Below the pieces are notes generated by a model. That model did not search any database, was not told the origin of the DNA, and saw nothing but the letters and a program-made list of their open reading frames with translations. The position numbers were made by a program, and so were the translations under genes. 38,107 nt of DNA from an uncultured Candidatus Saccharibacteria bacterium (lineage in GTDB: Bacteria > Patescibacteriota > WWE3 > UBA101185 > UBA10185). Shown here piece after piece: positions 26,026 to 35,000 of the stretch. The DNA lies in the NCBI GenBank assembly GCA_964427965.1, contig CAYRWK010000002.1:1-38107 (forward strand), read 5' to 3'. Every line of letters begins with the position of its first letter. Positions within the stretch are counted from its first letter, which is position 1.

Positions 26026-28584
26026 ATGTTTTTAAAATCACTTTTTGATTCAAACGATAAACAAATAAAAAAGCTAATGCCGTTGGTTGAAAAGATCAAC
26101 GCTTGTGAAAGTGAAATTGTTAAGTTATCCGAAGATCAGCTAAAAGCAAAAACTACATACTGGAAAGCCGAGCTTAAAAAGCTGGATGAAGATGAGCAAA
26201 AAAAGTATTTGGACAAAATTTTGCCCGAGGCCTTTGCTCTTGTTCGCGAAACAGCAAAAAGGGTTTTAGGTAAACGTCATTTTGATGAACAATTAATGGC
26301 AGGTATTGTTTTACATCAAGGTAAAATTTCTGAACAAAAAACAGGTGAGGGTAAAACTCAAACTGCAACTCTTCCTATATATTTAAATGCATTAACCGGA
26401 AGAGGCGTGCATCTTGTAACACCAAATGATTATCTTTCAAGACATGGCGCGGGTTGGATGGGGCCTGTATATGATTATGCAGGAATTTCGGTTGGAGTCA
26501 TTATGTCTGAGAATGGTTATATTTACGATAAGGCGTATCAAAGCGCTGAGTTTAACGACGAGTATGCCATTCACCTTAAACCCTCTTCTAAACAAGAAGT
26601 TTATAAATGTGATGTGGTCTATGGTACCAATCATGAGTTTGGGTTTGATTATCTTAGGGATAACATGGCTCGTAGTTTGGAAGAAATGGTTCAAACCAAT
26701 CCAAATGGTGAGTGGGGGGTTCATAACTTTGCTATTGTTGATGAAGTCGACTCTATATTAATAGATGTGGCTCGAACTCCTCTTATTATTTCTACTTCTG
26801 CCGCAATGCCAACACAAAGATATTTGCAAGCCTCCTCTATTGTTAAAACTTTAGCTAAGGATCAAGACTACGATGTGGATGAAAAATTTAGAAGCTCGAC
26901 TCTTACCGACCTTGGTGTTAGACGTGTAGAAAAATTGTTAAACATTGGCAATTTATACGAACAGGATTTTGAAATGGTGCATTTAATTGAGCAGGCATTA
27001 ACCGCCAGAACTTTGTATCAAAAAGATACTGATTATGTGGTTAAGGATGGCAAGGTGGTTATTGTGGATCAGTTTACAGGAAGACTTTTGCCAAATAACC
27101 GTTATTCAAATGGATTACACCAAGCTATTGAAGCTAAAGAAAATGTTGAGATTCAACAGGAGTCTAAAACTTTGGCTGAAATTTCATATCAAAACTATTT
27201 TAGAATGTATAAAAAACTTGCGGGTATGACCGGTACTGCTGCAACGGAGGCTGAGGAGTTTTTTAAAATATATAAACTGGAAGTGGTGGAAATTCCAACT
27301 CATAGAAAAATGGTTAGAAAAGATAACAACGATGTTATTTATAAAAATGAGGCGGCCAAGTTTAGAGCGGTGGCTGATGAAATTGTTGAAAGACATGCAA
27401 ACGGTCAACCTGTTTTGGTTGGTACGACTTCTGTTGATAAAAGCCAGTTACTACATGAATTGTTAAGACGCCGTAATGTTCCTCATGAGATTTTGAATGC
27501 AAAAAACCATGAGAAGGAGGCTTTGATTATTGCTCAAGCGGGGCGAAAGGGTGCTGTGACTGTGTCTACTAATATGGCAGGTAGAGGCGTTGATATTGTG
27601 CTTGGAGGGGACCCTGCCAATCCTGTTGAGCAAGAAGAGGTAAAAACAGCCGGTGGGTTACATGTTATTGGAACGGAGCGTCATGAGTCACGCAGAATAG
27701 ATAATCAGTTAAGAGGAAGATCTGGGCGACAGGGGGATCCGGGGTCGTCCAGGTTTTATGTTTCTTTGCAGGATGATTTGATGAGGGTTTTTGGTGGGGC
27801 GCAGGTAGAAAATATTATGAATAAGTTTGGTTTGGAAGATAATGTGCCATTAGAAGCAGGGATTGTGAGTCGCGCTATTGAAAACGCCCAGAAAAAAGTG
27901 GAAGGCTTTAACTTTGATCGTCGTAAACAAGTTGTTGAGATGGACGATGTTATTAATGAGCACAGGGACGTTGTTTATAAACTAAGACGCAGAGTTTTAG
28001 AAATGGGTTCAGGAAATTCTGAACATACGGAGTGGTTTTTGCAAAAGCTTGTTGAACATACCGGATTTGATCAAAGTATTTGGAAAAAGTATGAAGAACG
28101 AATGGGTCAAGAAACTTGGTTAAACGTATTATCCAGTCTTAGCCTTGGGGTAGTTGATCTTTTGTGGATGGAGCATTTGGTAGACATGGATCAACTTCGA
28201 GAGGGTATTGGTCTAAGAGGTTATGCCCAACGAGATCCGATGGTTGAATACAAGCGTGAGGGTCACACTAACTTTGAAGTATTAATTGCAAAAATATATA
28301 AAGGTATAGCAGGAAGAATCGAGAAGCTTGAGAGTATGGATTTGTCCCATTTAAATATTTCTAATCCAAAAGTGGCCACTGATGTTAAATACAAACATGG
28401 TGAATTGGAGACAGGTGTGTCTACCGAGGGTGCTGAACTTGCTCAAGGTGAACGTAAGGTTGTGGATCAGTCGGGACGTGAGTTAAAGGTTGAGGCAGTG
28501 GCTTCTTCTAAAGATGCTGTTGGTAGGAATGATCCGTGTCCTTGCGGGAGTGGGAAGAAGTATAAAAACTGCCACGGTAAGTAA
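26026..28584 (+). CDS. secA: Preprotein translocase ATPase SecA
   Basis: Matching segments: MAGIVLHQGKISEQKTGEGKT, DEVDSILID and TNMAGRGVDI. C-terminal zinc motif CPCGSGKKYKNCHG. Confidence 0.96.
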   Translation: MFLKSLFDSNDKQIKKLMPLVEKINACESEIVKLSEDQLKAKTTYWKAELKKLDEDEQKKYLDKILPEAFALVRETAKRVLGKRHFDEQLMAGIVLHQGKISEQKTGEGKTQTATLPIYLNALTGRGVHLVTPNDYLSRHGAGWMGPVYDYAGISVGVIMSENGYIYDKAYQSAEFNDEYAIHLKPSSKQEVYKCDVVYGTNHEFGFDYLRDNMARSLEEMVQTNPNGEWGVHNFAIVDEVDSILIDVARTPLIISTSAAMPTQRYLQASSIVKTLAKDQDYDVDEKFRSSTLTDLGVRRVEKLLNIGNLYEQDFEMVHLIEQALTARTLYQKDTDYVVKDGKVVIVDQFTGRLLPNNRYSNGLHQAIEAKENVEIQQESKTLAEISYQNYFRMYKKLAGMTGTAATEAEEFFKIYKLEVVEIPTHRKMVRKDNNDVIYKNEAAKFRAVADEIVERHANGQPVLVGTTSVDKSQLLHELLRRRNVPHEILNAKNHEKEALIIAQAGRKGAVTVSTNMAGRGVDIVLGGDPANPVEQEEVKTAGGLHVIGTERHESRRIDNQLRGRSGRQGDPGSSRFYVSLQDDLMRVFGGAQVENIMNKFGLEDNVPLEAGIVSRAIENAQKKVEGFNFDRRKQVVEMDDVINEHRDVVYKLRRRVLEMGSGNSEHTEWFLQKLVEHTGFDQSIWKKYEERMGQETWLNVLSSLSLGVVDLLWMEHLVDMDQLREGIGLRGYAQRDPMVEYKREGHTNFEVLIAKIYKGIAGRIEKLESMDLSHLNISNPKVATDVKYKHGELETGVSTEGAELAQGERKVVDQSGRELKVEAVASSKDAVGRNDPCPCGSGKKYKNCHGK

Positions 28585-28621
28585 CTTTATATACTAATCT
28601 GTTTAGCTCCAATATTTATTG

Positions 28622-28650
28622 TTGACACGAGTTTTCCTATATATTATTAT
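28622..28650 (+). promoter_or_regulatory. Near-consensus sigma70-type promoter: TTGACA, 17-nt spacer, TATTAT
   Basis: TTGACA at 28622-28627, exact 17-nt spacer, TATTAT at 28645-28650. Lies 37 nt after the secA stop. The predicted start near 28657 coincides with the first base of the structured RNA stem. Confidence 0.6.
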
Positions 28651-28656
28651 TCGCGC

Positions 28657-28730
28657 AAGGTCTGGGCCGGTTTTTAATAAAGGTTAACCCATAACGGCCA
28701 TTGAGTTTGGTACTACACGGCCCAGACCTT
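28657..28730 (+). ncRNA. Unclassified structured RNA or structured pre-tRNA leader, closed by a 13-bp perfect stem
   Basis: AAGGTCTGGGCCG (28657-28669) is the exact reverse complement of CGGCCCAGACCTT (28718-28730). They enclose 48 nt that include the palindrome GGTTAACC and a small GCCA/UGGU hairpin. It sits 15 nt upstream of tRNA-Pro and contains no ORF. Confidence 0.45.
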
Positions 28731-28745
28731 ACAAGAAAAGAGAGC

Positions 28746-28817
28746 GCGGGAGTAGCTCATCGGTAGAGCATGACATTTGGGATGCCAGTGTAATGGGTTC
28801 GATTCCCATCTCCCGCT
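28746..28817 (+). tRNA. tRNA-Pro (anticodon UGG), no encoded CCA
   Basis: Hand-folded cloverleaf. Acceptor GCGGGAG/CTCCCGC has 7/7 pairs. D arm is GCTC-ATCGGTA-GAGC. Anticodon arm is TGACA-TTTGGGA-TGCCA, with one A-C mismatch and G37. T arm is ATGGG-TTCGATT-CCCAT. Discriminator is U. Confidence 0.85.
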
Positions 28818-28919
28818 TTAGAACCCGAGTACCGTATAAAAAGCCAAAACCTTTTTTAGGTTTTCATTGTGCTTTTTGTGCTTAGCTCGGGTTTCTGTTT
28901 TTTGCTATATAATCACCCC

Positions 28920-29813
28920 ATGGAACTTACCCAAAAGAAAGAACAATTCGTTAACAAAATAAAAACTCTCTATCCTAATAACTTTGGAGAAGTTTTAAAA
29001 AACATCGAAAATCCTAAACCTGTTACCTTTAGAATAAACACTCTTCTTTTTCCTGCTAAAGACACTGTAGAAAAAACTCAACAAATTTTAGATACACTAA
29101 CCTCTCTTGGATTTGAAATTGAACAAGGACCCTTGATAAATTCATATATTGTAAAAACCTCTCCCTCAAATCTTAGGCTTTCCGAAACCAAAGCATTTGA
29201 AACAGGCCAAATATATATTCAAAACTTATCCAGTATGTTGCCGGTAGAAGCATTGGGTCCCAAACCAACTGATAAAGTTTTAGATTTGTGTGCAGCTCCG
29301 GGGAGCAAGACCTTGCAAATTGCCCAAGCAACACAAAACTTAGCTCAAATCACTGCTGTAGAAAACAACCGAAACAGGTTCTTTGCCCTGCAGAAAAATC
29401 TGGAAAGCCATGGGGCTAAAAACTTCACACTATTAATGGAAAACGCACAGTATCTAACTAACCGTCATCCCGATTTTATAGAAAGCTTTGATAAAGTATT
29501 AGTAGACGCACCGTGTTCCAACGAAGGGCAAGTAGTATTAAATGATATAAAGTCTTTAGCGAGATGGAATCCTAAAACTCCAAAGCATCTGGCTAAACTT
29601 CAAAAAAAGCTAATTGCCGAAGGTGCCAAGTTATTAAAGAAGGATGGTACTTTGGTTTATTCAACCTGTACCTTTAGCAAAGAGGAAAATGAAGATGTAG
29701 TATCTTGGGTATTAACTAAATTTCCCAACCTTAAGCTAATTGAGCAAAGCCGAGTGCTTCCTAATAATAACTTCACAGGTTTTTTTCTTGCAAAACTTGT
29801 AAAATCTGCTTAG
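28920..29813 (+). CDS. RsmB/RsmF (NOL1/NOP2/Sun) family RNA m5C methyltransferase
   Basis: Matching segments: DLCAAPGSKT, VLVDAPCSNEG and VYSTCTFSKEENE, the last containing the catalytic TC. The start is taken at ATG 28920 (MELTQKKE); the ORF-track GTG at 28869 lies in the tRNA-downstream spacer. Confidence 0.8.
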   Translation: MELTQKKEQFVNKIKTLYPNNFGEVLKNIENPKPVTFRINTLLFPAKDTVEKTQQILDTLTSLGFEIEQGPLINSYIVKTSPSNLRLSETKAFETGQIYIQNLSSMLPVEALGPKPTDKVLDLCAAPGSKTLQIAQATQNLAQITAVENNRNRFFALQKNLESHGAKNFTLLMENAQYLTNRHPDFIESFDKVLVDAPCSNEGQVVLNDIKSLARWNPKTPKHLAKLQKKLIAEGAKLLKKDGTLVYSTCTFSKEENEDVVSWVLTKFPNLKLIEQSRVLPNNNFTGFFLAKLVKSA

Positions 29814-31263
29814 CTTTTTTTGCTCCGGCATAATTGGGGTTAATCTGCAAAGCTTTTTCAAACTGTAGCTTAGCTTCTTTATACAAACCCATTTCAAAAT
29901 ATGTATTTCCCAAATTATGCATAGCATCTGCGTAATATGGATCTATCTCAATAGCTCTAGTAAAAGCTTTGACTGATTTGTCAAAATCTTTCTCATTACC
30001 ATAGGCATCTCCCAGGTTGTTAAAAACTCTGGCACTTTGAGGTGTATGTTTTGAGGTAGACAACCATAATGTTTTTGAACTTTGCCAATCAAATGAACGC
30101 GAAAAACTTTTTATTCCGTATAAAATGCAAATCAAAACTACCGCAACAGGTACAAAATACTTTATCCGTTTTTCAAATCTTAAAATAAGCCAAGCTAAGA
30201 GCGTGCAGTAAAAAGCTGTTCCAAAATACATGTATCTTTCGGCTATAAAAAAGGCAATTTGCACTGGGCTAAAAGTTGGCAGTAAAGTAAGTGCCATAAT
30301 GGCCATAAGTCCTGCAACCACTCTTTGCTTTTTCCACAAAAAGACAATCAAACCAAAAACAACTAAAGTTACTAAGATCATGACCAAATACATACTTGCA
30401 GGAATAATTTGCCCCTCGTGGAATAGAGTCAGATTTACGGGAAAGACCCATAACTCAACCGCAGTATAAATAGTATAGGGAAGCCTGTTTAAAAGTGGGG
30501 TAGATTGTTCAACATTCATACCGTAGGTCAAAGACAATTCGCTTACCCGTTTTTTTGCTGCTCCTGTAAAGATTAATAAAAAAGTAAATAGAGCAATTGT
30601 GACAAACGGTAAGGTCCGTTTTGCGGCTTGTACCACTGAAACATTTTTATCAACTATAAAATTTAAAACAAAGATTACAAAAGGTAAAACTAACGGCCAA
30701 GGATTTTGTGAAAAAACTAAAATTGAAGCAAAAAGAGCCAAAGAGATAGCGAGATACCTTTTCTTTTGGGATTCGCAATATAATAAGTAAAAAATTAACG
30801 AACTAAATTGAAAAACTGCAAACAACAAATATTTATTAGCCATAATCCAATAAATCGGTTCTGTTACAACCGGATGTAGTCCAAAAAGAAGCGCGGTTAT
30901 AATAGAAGCTTTTTTGCCAAAAAGCATATACACAAGAATTAGTACCAAGACGCAGTTTATAAAGTGAAGAACTACTGCATAAAAATGCAGAGCCAAAGGG
31001 TTAGCCCCAAAAATTGTGTAAAAAGCAGAGTAAATAATTGAAGGTAGGTTAAAAGTCTGTAGAGTCGTTAAAAAGTTTTTAAGCTGGTCGTTATTTACAA
31101 ATTCAGTTAAGTCATCGGCGGAAACAAAGGAGTTAGTAAGGGATTTAATATAAGTTAGAAAACAGACCATTCCCAAAAACAAAATAACCAGTTTATTTGC
31201 ATACACAAACTGCTTAACTTTAAAAAAGCTATTAATACTTTCCTCAGCTTTTGTTTGTTTCAT
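29773..31263 (-). CDS. Polytopic GT-C-type (TMTC/PMT-like) glycosyltransferase with C-terminal TPR repeats
   Basis: About 10 hydrophobic helices. The first-loop motif NSFVSADDLTEFVNN resembles the F-x-x-DD...N loop of TMTC/DUF1736-type enzymes. The C-terminus has TPR-like repeats (FNNLGDAYGNEKDFDKSVKAFTRAIEIDPYYADAMHNLGNTYFEMGLYKEAKLQFEKALQINP). Confidence 0.65.
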   Translation of the reverse strand: MKQTKAEESINSFFKVKQFVYANKLVILFLGMVCFLTYIKSLTNSFVSADDLTEFVNNDQLKNFLTTLQTFNLPSIIYSAFYTIFGANPLALHFYAVVLHFINCVLVLILVYMLFGKKASIITALLFGLHPVVTEPIYWIMANKYLLFAVFQFSSLIFYLLYCESQKKRYLAISLALFASILVFSQNPWPLVLPFVIFVLNFIVDKNVSVVQAAKRTLPFVTIALFTFLLIFTGAAKKRVSELSLTYGMNVEQSTPLLNRLPYTIYTAVELWVFPVNLTLFHEGQIIPASMYLVMILVTLVVFGLIVFLWKKQRVVAGLMAIMALTLLPTFSPVQIAFFIAERYMYFGTAFYCTLLAWLILRFEKRIKYFVPVAVVLICILYGIKSFSRSFDWQSSKTLWLSTSKHTPQSARVFNNLGDAYGNEKDFDKSVKAFTRAIEIDPYYADAMHNLGNTYFEMGLYKEAKLQFEKALQINPNYAGAKKAKQILQVLQEKNL

Positions 31264-31285
31264 ATAGTGCTATCATTATAAGGCT

Positions 31286-31834
31286 ATGAAAACCGAGTTA
31301 AAGAACTTTATTATTGAACTCATAGAAACCTTTGTTAGCTCTTTGGTAGTAATTTTGGTTTTATATATGTGGGTAGCCTTACCGGAGCAAGTATGGGGTG
31401 CCAGTATGGAGCCAAACTTTTACACGGGCGAGCGAGTGTTGGTGGAAAAAGTCACAAAACATTTTTCAGATTACGAAAGGGGAGATGTAGTGGTTTTACA
31501 TCCGCCTGAAAATGACAGTATAGATTACATTAAAAGAGTGGTAGGCTTACCGGGGGAAATGGTTAAGATTTGGGACTGTAAAATCTACGTGCTACAAGGT
31601 GAAAATAAGTTTGAGTTGACCGAGCCTTATATATCGGATGACATGTGTACATCAGGAGGTCCCAAGGTTTCGGAAGGTCGTTATTTGCAAATTGGCGAAA
31701 ATGAATACTTTGTTTTGGGCGACAATAGGCCAAATTCTGCCGATTCTCGCTATTTTGGAACAATAACTAAAGAAAGAATCGTAGGTAAAGCCATATTTAG
31801 ATTCTGGCCACTTAACAAGGTTGGATTTTTATGA
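31286..31834 (+). CDS. lepB: Signal peptidase I (LepB/P-type)
   Basis: Catalytic Ser box GASMEPN, Lys box YIKRVVGLPGE and GDNRPNSADSRYFG. Confidence 0.9.
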   Translation: MKTELKNFIIELIETFVSSLVVILVLYMWVALPEQVWGASMEPNFYTGERVLVEKVTKHFSDYERGDVVVLHPPENDSIDYIKRVVGLPGEMVKIWDCKIYVLQGENKFELTEPYISDDMCTSGGPKVSEGRYLQIGENEYFVLGDNRPNSADSRYFGTITKERIVGKAIFRFWPLNKVGFL

Positions 31835-31858
31835 TAGCTTGTATTGTGGATCTAGGTG

Positions 31859-31887
31859 TTGACAAGCACAATCCCGTGTGTTAAGGT
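31859..31887 (+). promoter_or_regulatory. Candidate rpoBC promoter: TTGACA, 14 nt, TGt-TAAGGT (extended -10)
   Basis: TTGACA at 31859-31864. 17 nt separate it from TAAGGT at 31882-31887, which is preceded by TGt. Confidence 0.5.
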
Positions 31888-31906
31888 ACGCTCTGTCATT
31901 TAACAT

Positions 31907-31932
31907 AAGTGCGGCTATCCCCGTGCTTTTTT
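31907..31932 (+). terminator. Weak terminator/attenuator-like hairpin in the rpoB leader
   Basis: The RNA reads AAGUGCGG-cuaucc-CCGUGCUU. Up to 8 bp can pair: 4 G-C pairs, 2 G-U pairs and 2 terminal A-U pairs that use the first two U residues of the tract. It runs into a U6 tract (31927-31932). Confidence 0.35.
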
Positions 31933-32001
31933 GTATATATTTGAAACCTACAGCAGAATTATTATATTAAGCTCTAGGGAAAAGTTAGGATTTATAAATT
32001 A

Positions 32002-35000
32002 ATGCGCCATAATTTTTCAAAGAGAAAAGCTTCCCTACCTTTACCAAATTTGTCATCTGTCCAATTAGATTCATATGAATGGCTAAAAAAAACCGGCATC
32101 AACGAGATACTGGAAGAACTTGGTACCATTGAAGATTATTCAGGAAGAGGTTGGGTCTTAAAGCTTACAAACCCACAAATCGAGAAAGAAAACATTACCG
32201 TTGAACAAGCTCTCCATACAGGGAGAACTTATGACGCACCCTGGTACCTTACTACAATTATTGAAGATCCCTTAGCAAAAAAACAAAAGAAACAAGTCAT
32301 CTATATGGGTGACATTCCCCTTATGACTGATCACGGCACTTTTATTGTTAACGGTGTGGAAAGAGTTGTTGTTAACCAATTAATCAGATCAGAAGGTGTA
32401 CTATTTACCGGTGCCAATTCCCCTATTACAGGTCAATTTTTGGCAGGTGCAAAAGTATTACCTAAAAACGGTGTTTGGTTAGAAATTGAAACTGCCAGAA
32501 GCGGTGTTATTAGCGTAAAAATTGATAGAAAAAGAAAAATCACCATTACTACTTTATTAAGAGTATTTGGTTTGGAAACAGATGAAGAAATTAGAAAAAT
32601 TTTCACAACGGTTGAAACCAGTCCTGAAATTAACTACACAGACGCAACCTTAGCAAAAGATCCTTCATCCTCATATGACGAGGCTTGTATTGAAATCTAT
32701 AGAAAAATGAGACCCGGCGAACCTTTGGTGATTGAAAACGCCAGAGCTTTGGTTGAATCAATGTTTTTTAACAAGAGACGCTACAGTCTTGGTGAAGTTG
32801 GTAGATTTAAAATGAATCAAACCTTGGGATTAAATATTCCTAATGATTCCAAAAACAGACTATTACAATTAGAAGATTTAATCAAGATCGTTTCCAGAAT
32901 TGTTGAACTAAATAACGGGATGGGAAAAATCAGCGATATCGACCATTTGGGTAATAGAAGAGTTAAAGGCGTTGGAGAACTATTGCAAAACCAAGTAAGA
33001 ATTGGCTTTTTGCGCATGGAAAAAAATATTAAAGAAAAAATGAGCTTACAGCCAAGAGAAGAATTACCTGAACCATCAGTGTTAATTTCTCCAAGAGCGG
33101 TTGCTGCTAACATTCACAGCTTTTTTGCATCAGGTGCGTTATCTCAAATGCAAGATCAGCAAAACCCGTTAACCTCGTTGGACCATTTAAGAAGACTTTC
33201 TGTTATGGGTCCGGGCGGTTTAACTAAAGAACGTGCCAGCATGGCAGTAAGAGATGTTCATTATTCTTCATTTGGTAGAATTTGTCCGGTTAGAACTCCG
33301 GAAGGTCCAAACATTGGTCTTATTAACTATTTAGCAATGTACGCAAAAGTTAATAAATACGGTTTTATTGAAACTCCTTATTATAAATTGGATAAACAAT
33401 CTGATGGTAGAATAAAAATGACCGATAAAGTTGAGTATCTTGCCGCGTATGATGAAGATCTTCACTACATTACTGATGCGTCTATTGAGGTAGATGAGAA
33501 AGGTTATGTAACTTCAAAACAAGTACCTTTAAGAAAAGAAGGTAATTTTACACTTGGTGATATTTCTTTGGCAGAATATGTTGAAGTTATGCCTAGACAA
33601 ATTGTTGGTATTTCAGCAGGGTTAATCCCATTTTTGGCAAACGACTCTATTGGTAGAGCTTTGATGGCAACTCAACAAATGTCTCAAACCGTACCTCTTA
33701 TTAAACCCGAAACTCCACTTGTTGGAACCGGTATTGAAGACTGTATTGCTCAAAACGCACATGCAGTTATTTTGGCAGAGGACGATGGGCAAGTTACCTA
33801 TTCTGATGCTGCGGTTGTAAAGGTTACCTATAAAAAAGCTGGAAAAGCCGAATATAAAGTAGCCAAATTCCAAAAATCAAACTTAGACACTTGTTACAAC
33901 CAGTACGTTAAAGTTGTAAATGGCCAAAAAGTCAAAAAAGGCGATGTACTTGTTGAGGGACCGGGCGTTAAAGACGGTGAACTTTCAATTGGAACAAACG
34001 TTAAAGTAGCCTACATGATTTGGGAAGGTTACGAATTTGAAGATGGTATTGTTATTTCAGACAGACTTGTTAGAGATGACGTATTAACATCAGTTCACGT
34101 TTCTGATTACTGTGTATCGGTACTTGAAACCAAACTTGGACCTGAAGAGATTACCAGAGACATTCCAAATGTTTCAGAAGACGCGTTAAGAAACTTAGAT
34201 GAAACAGGCATTGTTGCTATTGGATCAAAAGTAAAATCAGGAGATATCTTGGTTGGTAAAATTGCACCAAAAGGTGAGCTTGATTTATCCGCTGAAGAAA
34301 GATTGTTAAGAGCTATCTTTGGTGAAAAAGCAAAAGATGTTAGAGATAACTCTTTAAACATGCCACATGGTGAGCACGGTGTTGTTATTGGCGTTAAAAA
34401 AGTAACCAGAAAAGAAAACGAAGAGTTACCTGCAGGAGTGTTAGAGGAAATAACAGTTTATGTTGCTCAACAAAAGAAAATTGAGGTTGGGGATAAACTA
34501 GCCGGTAGACATGGTAACAAAGGTGTTATTTCAGCTATTGTTCCTGTTATTGACATGCCTCGTATGGAAGATGGAACCCCAATTGATATCGTTTTTTCTG
34601 CCGCCTCAGTACTTGCTAGAATGAACGTTGGCCAAATTTTGGAGGCTCCTCTTGGTATGGCGGGTAAAAAACTTGGTAAAAAATATTCAATTCCTCCACT
34701 TGAGGCAGTTAATGAATTAGATATTCAAAATGAATTAAAGATAGCGGGTCTTCCGGTTTCAGGTAAGGTCAAACTTATTGACGGTCGAACCGGAGATTCT
34801 TTTGATAATGAAATCGTTATCGGGGAAACATACATCTTAAAACTTATCCATATGTCTGAAGAAAAGATCCATGCCAGATCAACCGGACCTTACTCATTAA
34901 TTACACAACAACCTTTGGGCGGTAAAGCTCAATTTGGTGGTCAGAGATTTGGAGAAATGGAAGTCTGGGCTTTGGAAGCTTATGGTGCCGCTCATGTTCT

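Noticed and set aside
28657-28730. Identification of the structured RNA as SRP (4.5S) RNA, 6S RNA or a second tRNA
   Set aside because: There is no GNRA-capped domain IV with the conserved AGCA/GGAA-type loops. It is too short for 6S RNA and has no cloverleaf. It is left as unclassified.
28869-28919. N-terminal extensions in the ORF track: GTG 28869 for the methyltransferase, TTG 21983 for rpsD, and 23166 for serS
   Set aside because: The extensions run through a tRNA-downstream spacer, the rpsK coding end and a promoter region respectively. They add non-conserved residues before canonical N-termini (MELTQ.., MARYK.., MLDIKYIR..).
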